The notes beneath the pieces are model-generated. The model saw nothing but the letters and a program-made list of their open reading frames with translations, was not told where the DNA came from and did not search any database. From a bacterium (GTDB lineage: Bacteria; Patescibacteriota; CPR2; UBA1875; CAIMLA01), in NCBI GenBank assembly GCA_037129835.1, contig JBAXUE010000005.1:13975-77974 (forward strand): a DNA stretch of 64,000 nucleotides, read 5' to 3'. The position numbers were made by a program, and so were the translations under genes. Below, piece after piece: positions 27,258 to 36,198 of this stretch (the stretch's first letter is position 1; every line of letters starts with the position of its first letter).

Positions 27258-28123
27258 CTTATGACGAAGTTATGCTTCGATTAGACAAACTAGCTAGTCA
27301 TGACCCAAAGGATTTGGCGGGCATGGCTCGTTTTGGCATCAACGTTGATAAAGCTTGGGTAATTAGTATGCCGAAGTTAAGAATATTAGCGAAAGAGATA
27401 CTCTCACATTACAAAATACAAAAAATTGATAATAATGTGTCATCCCTGGTCGCAAACCCAGGGATCTCTCCCGTACCATCCGACTTATCCAGCGTAGCTT
27501 TAGCGAAGATGAAAAGAGATCCTCACTTTCGTAAGGATGACACAATAAAGATCCAAGAGCTGCATACCCTCGCTCTAGAAGTTTGGGATTCCGGTATTCA
27601 CGAAGCTAGAATATTAGCTGGTTTGATTGATGATCCAAAGATGGTAACTGGGGAACAAATGGAGAAGTGGGTTCTAGGCTTTGATAGCTGGGATGTCTGC
27701 GACCAGACCTGCGGTAATTTGTTTGATAGGACAGAATTTGCCATAAAAAAAGCACACGAATGGTCAAAAAGATCCGAAGAATTTGTAAAAAGAGCAGGTT
27801 TTGTCTTAATGGCTGGACTTGCCGTTCACGACAAAAAGCTTGAAGACAACGTCTTTATAGAATTTTTAGATATTATAAAACGTGAGTCTGGTGATAAGCG
27901 TAATTTTGTACGCAAGGCTGTGAATTGGGCTCTACGGAGTATTGGTAAATCGAGGAACAAATATTTGTATGAAAAATCCATAAGGGTAGCTGAGGAGATC
28001 CTCGGTCAAGCCAAGGATGACAGCTTGGTATGGAGTGGCACAGAAATAAAGGCTATGAATTTCATCGCCGGTGATGCAAAAAGAGAACTAGAAAAAGATT
28101 ATATAAAGAATCGTTTTCTATAA
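27254..28123 (+). CDS. DNA alkylation repair enzyme (AlkD/AlkC-like HEAT-repeat glycosylase family)
   Basis: HEARILAG, WDVCDQ and VRKAVNWALRS motifs resemble the DNA_alkylation family. Carries an in-frame GC-rich element at 27437..27542. Confidence 0.55.
   Translation: MTYDEVMLRLDKLASHDPKDLAGMARFGINVDKAWVISMPKLRILAKEILSHYKIQKIDNNVSSLVANPGISPVPSDLSSVALAKMKRDPHFRKDDTIKIQELHTLALEVWDSGIHEARILAGLIDDPKMVTGEQMEKWVLGFDSWDVCDQTCGNLFDRTEFAIKKAHEWSKRSEEFVKRAGFVLMAGLAVHDKKLEDNVFIEFLDIIKRESGDKRNFVRKAVNWALRSIGKSRNKYLYEKSIRVAEEILGQAKDDSLVWSGTEIKAMNFIAGDAKRELEKDYIKNRFL
27437..27542. mobile_element. RPE-like palindromic element inserted in-frame in the AlkD-like gene
   Basis: TGTCATCC-CTGGTCGCAAACCCAGGGATCTCT...TTCGTAAGGATGACA. 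The core is near-identical to the Elp3 copy. Both are translated in the same frame (LVxNPGIS...H-RKDD). Confidence 0.5.
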
Positions 28124-28172
28124 AAGAGAAAGGGAGCCACGCTAGGCCACCTTTCTGGTAGTGCATGTCTCC

Positions 28173-28580
28173 CTATGTTTCGAAACGTCCTCGTCCGCGA
28201 TATTCTGTGTTCCCCATCTGTTTATTGACACGATTGACGAGACTGAAAGAGAAGTTGGCTCTGGTTTTGTGAGCTTGTTGCTCAGAGACGAAAGTATCGT
28301 CCCATTCCTTTCTGATACTCTTGAACTTCTTTCCATTTACGAAGTTCTGAAGATCCAGAAGGTCATTTTCGGTTGCTTTTTTCCAGATGCTAGTAACTAG
28401 CCGAACCCGAATGCCATTAATAGTGGCAAGACCCGCTTTTCGTAAGGGGCCATAGAGCGAATCTGGGACTCTGACAAGAGTCTTTTTTACCAAACCGTTG
28501 ACTGGATTGGTAAAAAGTATGCAAAGTGCAAGAATCAGCCGATGCTCTTGGTCAACATCCTTTAGGATATTGGGAACCAT
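28173..28580 (-). CDS. hypothetical protein (GC-rich island, possible remnant)
   Basis: 135-aa minus-strand ORF in a ~48% GC patch. Overlapping alternative ORFs on both strands. No motif recognised. Confidence 0.3.
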   Translation of the reverse strand: MVPNILKDVDQEHRLILALCILFTNPVNGLVKKTLVRVPDSLYGPLRKAGLATINGIRVRLVTSIWKKATENDLLDLQNFVNGKKFKSIRKEWDDTFVSEQQAHKTRANFSFSLVNRVNKQMGNTEYRGRGRFET

Positions 28581-28695
28581 TCCAGCCTCCTTCTAGTAGT
28601 AGGTACGTGCGAGGATTCTAGCACGAAAACACAAATTTTTCAACCATATACGGTATTTATATTAATTATAAATTAGTAATATTCTAATAATTAAT

Positions 28696-28724
28696 TTGAC
28701 ATCGTAATGTGTCGGTTTTAAAAT
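28696..28724 (+). promoter_or_regulatory. sigma70-like promoter TTGACA-N17-TAAAAT upstream of pyrG
   Basis: Exact -35 consensus with 17-nt spacer, then TAAAAT. Confidence 0.5.
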
Positions 28725-28786
28725 GTTGTTAGTAAAGAGGTGGATGTCCCAAAATTTTGGGGCATTTTAAGAATAGAGGGGGATAA

Positions 28787-30391
28787 TTGGGTAAGCAGAC
28801 AAAATTCATTTTTGTAACCGGTGGGGTTATTTCTGGTCTCGGAAAAGGGATATTAGCAGCCTCTATTGGCAACATCCTAAAAAGCCGAGGCTTTTCGGTT
28901 AATATGCAAAAATGTGATCCTTATCTGAATGTAGATGCTGGCACACTGAATCCTGGCGAACATGGTGAAGTATTTGTTACGGATGATGGAGCCGAGACAG
29001 ATCTAGACCTTGGACATTATGAGCGCTTTACCGATACACCGATGACGAAGCTTAGCTCTGTTATGACCGGTCGTATTTATACCCAAGTACTTGAAGACGA
29101 GAGAAAAGGTAAATATTTAGGTAAGACTGTTCAGGTTATCCCACATATAACAAACAAAATTCAGGAAAATATAATCAAAGCAGCTGGCGATTTTGATATT
29201 CATATTGTCGAAATAGGCGGCACTGTTGGTGACTATGAAGGCTTGCATTTTATAGAAGCTATTCGTCAGATGAGACGAAAAGTCGGCAGAGAAAACGTTT
29301 TGTATGCACATCTTGTATTTTTGCCTTTTATTGAATCCACAAAGGAGCTTAAGACAAAGCCAGCGCAGAATAGCGTCCGTGATCTTCTTCAGCTTGGCAT
29401 TCATGCAAATATTATAGGTTGCCGTGCAGACCATGAAATAGGAGAAGAGCATCTCTTAAAAATAGCTTTATTTTCAGACGTAGATAATCAAGCAGTCTTT
29501 CCACTTCCAACAATAAAGAGTGTTTATGAAGTACCAAGAAATCTAGAAAATGCAGGTCTGGGCGAGTATATTACTAATCATTTACATCTACCGAAGAGGA
29601 ATCTAAAAACAAATGGACTGGAACACTATGTCGATAGTCTAACCAAGCTTAAGGGTGAGCTACGCGTTGGCCTAATAGCAAAATATATGTCCAATGAAGA
29701 CACATACAAGAGTGTCAATGAAGCATTGCAGTCAGCAGCGGTTAATAATGGTACTAGTGGGAAAATTGTTTGGATAGATGCAGAAAAGATAGAAAAGCAT
29801 GGAGTTGAAATATTAGAAGGTCTCGACGGGATTATCGTTCCTGGTGGTTTCGGTAATAGGGGTACAGAGGGCAAGATAATGGCTGCTTGTTATGCCAGAG
29901 AAAACAACATTCCGTATCTAGGCTTATGCCTTGGGATGCAGATCGCGGCTATTGAGTTCGCAAGAAACGTTATCGGCTGGGAAGATGCAAATAGCGGGGA
30001 GTTTGATACCAAGACGACCCATCAAGTGATCCATATTATGCCAGAACAACGAGTGAATATGGAAGATACTAACTATGGTGCTACTATGCGCCTTGGTGCC
30101 TATCCGTGTGTTTTAGATAAGAAGTCTCGCTCTATTATTCTATACGGTACTAATAAAATCAGCGAGAGACATCGCCATAGATACGAATTTAATAATGACC
30201 ATCGTGAGGAGTTTGTCGAGAATGGTATGCTCTTTGCTGGTCTTTCGCCGGACCATCATCTTGTTGAAATTTTAGAGCTTCCTGAACATAAATTCTATGT
30301 CGCCGTGCAGTTTCACCCAGAGTTCAAGTCTCGCCCGGGCAAGCCACATCCACTTTTTGATGGTTTTGTAAAAGCAATATTAGGTAAATAG
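28787..30391 (+). CDS. pyrG: CTP synthase
   Basis: FIFVTGGVISGLGKG N-terminus. GATase domain GLCLGMQ...HRHRYE. TTG start with AGAGGGGGA RBS. Confidence 0.9.
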   Translation: MGKQTKFIFVTGGVISGLGKGILAASIGNILKSRGFSVNMQKCDPYLNVDAGTLNPGEHGEVFVTDDGAETDLDLGHYERFTDTPMTKLSSVMTGRIYTQVLEDERKGKYLGKTVQVIPHITNKIQENIIKAAGDFDIHIVEIGGTVGDYEGLHFIEAIRQMRRKVGRENVLYAHLVFLPFIESTKELKTKPAQNSVRDLLQLGIHANIIGCRADHEIGEEHLLKIALFSDVDNQAVFPLPTIKSVYEVPRNLENAGLGEYITNHLHLPKRNLKTNGLEHYVDSLTKLKGELRVGLIAKYMSNEDTYKSVNEALQSAAVNNGTSGKIVWIDAEKIEKHGVEILEGLDGIIVPGGFGNRGTEGKIMAACYARENNIPYLGLCLGMQIAAIEFARNVIGWEDANSGEFDTKTTHQVIHIMPEQRVNMEDTNYGATMRLGAYPCVLDKKSRSIILYGTNKISERHRHRYEFNNDHREEFVENGMLFAGLSPDHHLVEILELPEHKFYVAVQFHPEFKSRPGKPHPLFDGFVKAILGK

Positions 30392-30481
30392 CTAGCTTTA
30401 TTTAAATAAATATGAAAAGTATGTATTGACATACTTTAGTATTTTTTGTTATCATTAATTAGTTAATAAAAAGGAGAAGCG

Positions 30482-32158
30482 TTGGAAAAAATTAAAAGTC
30501 AAAAAATCTGCAAAGAAGAAAAAAAAGAAGGATTTTTCCAAAAATGGGGCACCGTCTTTGTTCTTTCGCTTGCTCTCGCGATTATCCTAATTGACGCAAC
30601 TCTTTTAAACGTTTCATTAACCACTTTGGTTAAGGATTTAAACACTAATTTCCAAAGTTTACAGTGGGTTATTACAGCATATTCATTGACTATAGCCGCA
30701 CTGACAATCACTGGCGGTCGCATTGGAGATCTATTTGGCCGGAAAAAAATGTTTATTTTGGGTGCTATAATTTTTGCTATTGGTTCTTTTATCGCCTCTA
30801 TAAGTCAAAACGTAACTCAGATGGTTATCGGCTGGTCTATTATTGAGGGTATTGGCGCAGCACTAATGATGCCCGCTACGGCATCACTTTTAGTTTCTAA
30901 ATACAAGGGTAGAGACAGAGGAATTGCATTCGGAATCTGGGGTGGTATAGCCGCCGCTTCTTCGGCTATTGGACCGCTTCTCGGCGGTTGGCTTACAACG
31001 AATTTTAGTTGGAGATATGGCTTCAGGATAAACGTATTTGTGGCCATTATACTTATTATTGGTTCTGTCTTAATTAATGAGTGTCGTGATGAAGAAGAAA
31101 AACCTTCATTAGATATTATTGGTGCAATCCTTTCTTCACTGGGGATGTTGGCCGTGGTATATGGTATTATCGAATCCTCAAAATATGGTTGGTGGTCTGC
31201 TAAAAAAGTCTTTGAGATTTTTGACAAAACTTTTAACTTTTCATGGGGTTTGTCGGTTACTCCTTATGCCCTTTTGGTTGGTGCAATTTTCTTAACACTA
31301 TTTATAATCTGGGAAAGAAGAGTTGAGAGAATCGGCAAAACACCGTTAGTGTCTCTTAAACTTTTCACTAACCGTCAATTTGTATCTGGAACGACAACTA
31401 CTGCAATTATGGCACTTGGACAAGCGGGATTAATATTCTCAATACCGTATTTCCTTCAAACTGTGCGAGGAGCAGACGCTTTTAATACCGGGCTTGCACT
31501 TCTGCCTATGTCAATCACAGCTCTTATCGTCGCACCTATAGGCGGCTTTATGTTGCACAAATATCCGCCAAAATTGTTTATCCAGTTGGGCTTAGTGTTT
31601 AATGCTCTTGCCTATATTATTTTGTACTTTACCCTAAACGTTAATAGCGTTGCGTCCGACTTTATCTTCGCGTTTGCCCTTATGGGTGTTGGGATGGGCC
31701 TTACTATGGCTACGATTAGTAACCTTACTCTTTCTGCCGTTTCAGTAGAACAATCGGGAGAAGCTTCCGGGGTAAATAATACTTTAAGGCAAGTTGGTGC
31801 TACTTTAGGGACTGCGATTATAGGGGCAGTAATGTTGGCTGCCGTAACTACAAATATTTCAGCTGGCATTCAGGATAGCAAAGTTATCCCAGCGGCCTTA
31901 AAAACAACAGCAGATGGCATGGTGGAAAATAATTCTATGGGATCAGGCTCTGGTGGTGAAATAAATATACCTAGTTTTATTCCAAATTCCGTAGGAATAA
32001 CCAAAGAAATAAAAAATATAAGCAAACAAGCGATCACTGACGCCAACAAAGAAGCACTTGCGTATGCAGTCGCCTTCGCATTCATCGGGCTATTGTCTTC
32101 TGTCTGGTTGCCAAATGGCAAAAATATAGAAGTAGGCAAGAGCCTAGCAAAGGAGTAA
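30482..32158 (+). CDS. MFS transporter, DHA2 (14-TMS drug:H+ antiporter) family
   Basis: GRIGDLFGRKKMFILG (MFS motif A). 14 predicted TM helices. Confidence 0.8.
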   Translation: MEKIKSQKICKEEKKEGFFQKWGTVFVLSLALAIILIDATLLNVSLTTLVKDLNTNFQSLQWVITAYSLTIAALTITGGRIGDLFGRKKMFILGAIIFAIGSFIASISQNVTQMVIGWSIIEGIGAALMMPATASLLVSKYKGRDRGIAFGIWGGIAAASSAIGPLLGGWLTTNFSWRYGFRINVFVAIILIIGSVLINECRDEEEKPSLDIIGAILSSLGMLAVVYGIIESSKYGWWSAKKVFEIFDKTFNFSWGLSVTPYALLVGAIFLTLFIIWERRVERIGKTPLVSLKLFTNRQFVSGTTTTAIMALGQAGLIFSIPYFLQTVRGADAFNTGLALLPMSITALIVAPIGGFMLHKYPPKLFIQLGLVFNALAYIILYFTLNVNSVASDFIFAFALMGVGMGLTMATISNLTLSAVSVEQSGEASGVNNTLRQVGATLGTAIIGAVMLAAVTTNISAGIQDSKVIPAALKTTADGMVENNSMGSGSGGEINIPSFIPNSVGITKEIKNISKQAITDANKEALAYAVAFAFIGLLSSVWLPNGKNIEVGKSLAKE

Positions 32159-32160
32159 TC

Positions 32161-32379
32161 ATGTTCCATAAACAACCAAAAATGTACGGAGTATCTAGTC
32201 TTGGCGAGAGAGGCCAGATAGTGATACCGGCGAAGATGCGTGAAGAAATTGGTCTAGAAAAGGGTGATAACTTTGTATTTGTTTCACGTGACAAATTTAT
32301 CGGAATGATTCGTGAGGAAGATATGACCGGTTATCTAAAGGAAATGCTCGACCAGATCGAAGATTTCAAGAAAGAATAG
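32161..32379 (+). CDS. AbrB/MazE/SpoVT family DNA-binding protein
   Basis: GERGQIVIPAKMREEIGLEKGD matches the swapped-hairpin AbrB-N domain. Confidence 0.55.
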   Translation: MFHKQPKMYGVSSLGERGQIVIPAKMREEIGLEKGDNFVFVSRDKFIGMIREEDMTGYLKEMLDQIEDFKKE

Positions 32380-32481
32380 CTAAAAACGAATTTGATTACG
32401 CGACTACGCCAAGTAAGGGATATCAGTTTCGTTTCTTGTAGTTATCTATCATAAAGCTTAGTTAATTGATAAAATAGATTT

Positions 32482-32955
32482 ATGTTACGAGATGATAAAT
32501 GGCTTTTCCAACTTTTTGATGATGTCTGGGACACCTTTTTTCCTGATGTGCCTCAAGAAAATGACGTAAAGATAGTTTGGGGTAGAAAAGCAAGAAGACG
32601 CCTCGGTTCAATAAAACATGGCGAAAAACGGCACGGAGAGCATCCACAGACAATAATTACTATAAATTCTCTTTTTAAAGACCCTTTTATACCAGATTAT
32701 ATTGTTACGGCGACTATAGCCCATGAGTTGGCTCATTATGCTCACGGCTTTGGCTCACCACTTGAGCGTAAGTTCGATAAACCTCATGAAGGCGGAGTAG
32801 TCCATAAGGAGCTAGAAAATCGCGGAGTCAATAAACTTGAAAAGATGCAAAAAAAGTGGCTCAAGGAGAACTGGACTGACTATTTGAACAAAAAAATGCC
32901 TCAAAAAACTTCTATAAGACGGATGAAGAGAAAGATATTATTCAAGTGGATATAA
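32482..32955 (+). CDS. SprT-like/DUF45-type zinc metallopeptidase (HExxH)
   Basis: TIAHELAHYAHG HExxH motif in a ~150-aa protein. Confidence 0.45.
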   Translation: MLRDDKWLFQLFDDVWDTFFPDVPQENDVKIVWGRKARRRLGSIKHGEKRHGEHPQTIITINSLFKDPFIPDYIVTATIAHELAHYAHGFGSPLERKFDKPHEGGVVHKELENRGVNKLEKMQKKWLKENWTDYLNKKMPQKTSIRRMKRKILFKWI

Positions 32956-33569
32956 AGGTTAAAATAATTCGAGTAGGCTTAGAGCGAACGAACTGCTACA
33001 TCGTTTCTGACAAAAATGGTAACACGTTCGTTATCGACCCCGGTGCAGAAGCAGATAAAATATTAGCTCAACTACAGGAAATAAAGAATATTAATCTTAA
33101 ATTTATCATTCTTACTCATGGTCATTTTGATCATGTTGGAGCAGTTGATGAGATAAAAAAAGTATATCCACATTGTATCGTCTATCTACCGGAATATGAT
33201 GAGGTTTTATATCGTGATTTGCCTGAGCAAGGTGCTTTCGTTGGGAGAGTCCTTATACCACAACATTCTGAGATAAACGCTGTTTCTGGCGGGCAATTTA
33301 TCAAATTTTGTGACGAGAATATAGAAATTATCGATACTCCTGGGCATACTCCAGGGGGTGTTTGCTACTTACTCGGAGGCAATCTGTTCACAGGTGATAC
33401 TTTGTTCTTTCATACGTATGGCAGAGTAGATTTGCCGCTCGCAGACCCTAAGAAAATGAAAGAGAGCCTAGATAAGCTTTTACGTATGTCGTCTGATTTG
33501 ACCGTCTACCCTGGTCATGGTCAAGCCACTACTATTGCCGAAGAGAAGGCGTATTACAAGTACTATTAA
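32946..33569 (+). CDS. MBL-fold metallo-hydrolase (glyoxalase II-like)
   Basis: ILTHGHFDHVG (HxHxDH) and later TPGHTPGG motifs. Confidence 0.75.
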   Translation: MDIKVKIIRVGLERTNCYIVSDKNGNTFVIDPGAEADKILAQLQEIKNINLKFIILTHGHFDHVGAVDEIKKVYPHCIVYLPEYDEVLYRDLPEQGAFVGRVLIPQHSEINAVSGGQFIKFCDENIEIIDTPGHTPGGVCYLLGGNLFTGDTLFFHTYGRVDLPLADPKKMKESLDKLLRMSSDLTVYPGHGQATTIAEEKAYYKYY

Positions 33570-33648
33570 GCTTGAAATATTATCATTTTGAGGCTATAAT
33601 GTTGCGGTCAGGCAATCGTGACAACAATCTCAAGGGGAGGCAGTTTGA

Positions 33649-33837
33649 GTGAACACGTATAAGTTTGTTCAGCTCGGATGTGGCGCTAGCATCTACTTTG
33701 CTGTTCTCTGTAACGGTAAGAAGATGAAGGGACTACGTAGCGAAAACTACGAAGGTATCCAGAAGAAGCTGGCACAGTATCTTCGGATAACCACAAGGCT
33801 CCATAGCGGCAAGTACAAGGTTATTCCTATCAACTGA
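33649..33837 (+). CDS. small hypothetical protein in GC-rich island
   Basis: GTG start 9 nt after AAGGGGAGG. ~50% GC. Competes with antisense ORF 33747..34013. Confidence 0.25.
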   Translation: MNTYKFVQLGCGASIYFAVLCNGKKMKGLRSENYEGIQKKLAQYLRITTRLHSGKYKVIPIN

Positions 33838-34058
33838 TCCAGTAGGAGAGATTGGGGGGGAGTCCCGTGCACTCCGGTAAGATGCACGAGATTGAACGTG
33901 TGGGGAAGTTTCGCCAGGTTCGTACCTGCAAATGCTTGCTCTTCGGTATCATAAGCTCTCTCGTTAAGGTCGGTAAACGGCCACAACGCCTCGTTCGTCA
34001 CTGATTGCCTCATCTACGGTCGTCCCTTTCTGGGGCGACCGTGGGGAGCATTATAAAA

Positions 34059-34640
34059 ATGGTAATATATAAATCTTTTAATAATCCTAAGCTCGTTAAG
34101 CTCATAAAAGATGGTGGTATCGGAGTGATACCAACAGATACTATTTATGGGCTAATTTGTTCTGCAAATGATAAGGAAGCGATTGACGCACTTTATAAAA
34201 TTAAAGGCAGAGATACGGATAAGCCTCTCATAATACTTATCTCAAATATTAAAGAACTAAAAAACTTCGGTGTATTACTTTCAAAAATACAATTCGATTT
34301 TCTTAAAAATAACTGGCCTGGTAAAAAAAGTATAATATTTAACGCCGAACTCGGGGAAAATGATTATTTGCAGAGGGGCTCAAATACTCTGACGTTTCGG
34401 TTGCCCGCAGATAATAAGCTTCTCTCTCTATTGCAAAAAACCGGCCCGCTTGTCGCACCAAGCGCAAATCCACAGGGCAAAAGTCCTGCTGAAAATATTG
34501 ATGATATTATGAACTATTTTATTGGTCAAGTTGACTTTGTCGTAGATGGTGGGAACATTACTGGAGTGCCTTCTACTCTAGTAAGCCTCGTCGGTGATAA
34601 GCCAAAGGTATTACGCCAAGGCGAAGAAAAAATTATATAG
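34059..34640 (+). CDS. tsaC: L-threonylcarbamoyladenylate synthase (TsaC/YrdC family)
   Basis: VIPTDTIYGL and later LVAPSANPQGKSP motifs. The ATG at 34059 fits the family N-terminus. The track ORF begins at TTG 34005 inside a GC hairpin. Confidence 0.7.
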   Translation: MVIYKSFNNPKLVKLIKDGGIGVIPTDTIYGLICSANDKEAIDALYKIKGRDTDKPLIILISNIKELKNFGVLLSKIQFDFLKNNWPGKKSIIFNAELGENDYLQRGSNTLTFRLPADNKLLSLLQKTGPLVAPSANPQGKSPAENIDDIMNYFIGQVDFVVDGGNITGVPSTLVSLVGDKPKVLRQGEEKII

Positions 34641-34720
34641 TTTCTAAAAATTATTATATATCTACCTAATGTTCGACAACAAAGGTATAATATATATAGT
34701 AATTAATAAAAGGAGGATAT

Positions 34721-34864
34721 ATGAAGTTATCTACCGGAAGAGGAATTCAATTTTTTAAGAAACCTTTTTTTGTTAATCACAAGAAGTATGCTCAAAATAT
34801 TTACAAATCGGGCAGAAATAATATTGGGAAAGTATATCAAAACCTACTTGGTAAAAAGAAATAA
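34721..34864 (+). CDS. small lysine-rich ORF (47 aa) upstream of mscL
   Basis: ATG 6 nt after AAGGAGG. Below the ORF-track length cutoff. Confidence 0.3.
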   Translation: MKLSTGRGIQFFKKPFFVNHKKYAQNIYKSGRNNIGKVYQNLLGKKK

Positions 34865-34873
34865 AGAGGCGGC

Positions 34874-35176
34874 ATGGGTTTAAAAGGCTTTATTAAATTT
34901 GTTCGTGAACAGGGCGTCGTGGGCTTAGCGGTAGGCTTTATTTTAGGAGGAGCTATCTCTGCAGTCGTTGCGTCGCTAGTAACCGATATAATAAATCCGC
35001 TTATCAGCGGAGTTCTTTCCAACACACAGCAACTTTATATTACCGTAGGAACAAGTAAAATTGCTTACGGAAGTTTTCTTGGAAGTATTATCAATTTTGC
35101 GATAATAGCTTTGGTGGTTTACAATATTGTTAGATTTTTTCACCTTGATACCTTCGATGAAAAAAAGAATAAATAA
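34874..35176 (+). CDS. mscL: large-conductance mechanosensitive channel
   Basis: FIKFVREQGVVGLAVGFILGGA...IINFAIIALVVY matches the MscL TM1/TM2 pattern. Confidence 0.85.
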   Translation: MGLKGFIKFVREQGVVGLAVGFILGGAISAVVASLVTDIINPLISGVLSNTQQLYITVGTSKIAYGSFLGSIINFAIIALVVYNIVRFFHLDTFDEKKNK

Positions 35177-35231
35177 CTCAGTTTTTTCTCAGCTATTTAT
35201 TATAAATTATTAAGTACAACCTCGGAGGAAG

Positions 35232-35894
35232 ATGCAACCAACACATAATAAATTACGTTTTGATATCGTCTTTATATTTATCTTACTAGCCATACCCATA
35301 GGAATATGGTTGATGATGCAACCTATTTCAGAACGTTTTAATACTTCAACGATGATACTAACCAGTATTGGACAGCTTACAGGCTTAGTAGGTATGACAC
35401 TGGTTGCACTTAGTATGATATTCCAGGTGAGATTGTCTAAATATTTTAACCTAGTTACCATTAAACCCACCGCTGTGACCGATATTCATCATTACTTAGG
35501 TGTTTATGGTCTTTTGTTGTTACTTATTCATCCCATTATTCTAGCTGTTCGATTTTTGCCCATTTCTTTGGCGCTTACTTCTAGTTTCTTATTTACTACT
35601 AATCTTATTAATTTGTCTGGCACAGTAGCTCTTTTTATTATGATCATATCGATATATGTATCGTTATTTGTACCTCGTACTTTTCGTTTCTGGAAGTTGT
35701 TGCATCAAATCATGCTTATTGCCTATGCCTTTATTTTATATCATTTATTATTCGTTAGCAGCGATATTACTAGAAGTGTTCCATTGAGATCATATATTTT
35801 GATTATAACAATATTGGGGGGAGTTGCTTTTGGATGGCAAAAAGTTTCTTATTATATTAATAAATTTGGTAAAAAAAATGAAATATCTAATTAG
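35232..35894 (+). CDS. polytopic membrane protein, ferric-reductase-like transmembrane (bis-His heme) domain candidate
   Basis: Six TM helices with paired His (DIHHYLG...LIHP; LLHQIM...LYHLLF) as in FRD/MsrQ-type heme b carriers. Confidence 0.4.
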   Translation: MQPTHNKLRFDIVFIFILLAIPIGIWLMMQPISERFNTSTMILTSIGQLTGLVGMTLVALSMIFQVRLSKYFNLVTIKPTAVTDIHHYLGVYGLLLLLIHPIILAVRFLPISLALTSSFLFTTNLINLSGTVALFIMIISIYVSLFVPRTFRFWKLLHQIMLIAYAFILYHLLFVSSDITRSVPLRSYILIITILGGVAFGWQKVSYYINKFGKKNEISN

Positions 35895-36198
35895 TATTAC
35901 AGCCTTTGTTATTTTAGCCGCTTTAGGGACAACGCTATTGGCAAGCCAGTTGATTGGAAGATATGGGAATGTTCGAAAGGTTACAGAATTGACTAAAAAT
36001 AAAAAGGAAATTATAAAAGTACAAAAAAATATCCAACCAACAGTAACTTCCGGCACAAGTGGCTCTGTTAGTAATGGTAATACTTCAGTAACGGTACCAT
36101 CTGTCACCACGAGCCCTTCTTCGACGCCAACTATCATCCACTCTGTAGAAAATTCGGAAGAAACTGATAGAGAAGATGAAGAGGAGAAAGATGATTGA
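35878..36198 (+). CDS. small secreted/anchored Ser-Thr-rich protein
   Basis: Internal ATG of the track ORF. Signal-anchor, then T/S-rich segment and acidic tail. Confidence 0.4.
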   Translation: MKYLISITAFVILAALGTTLLASQLIGRYGNVRKVTELTKNKKEIIKVQKNIQPTVTSGTSGSVSNGNTSVTVPSVTTSPSSTPTIIHSVENSEETDREDEEEKDD

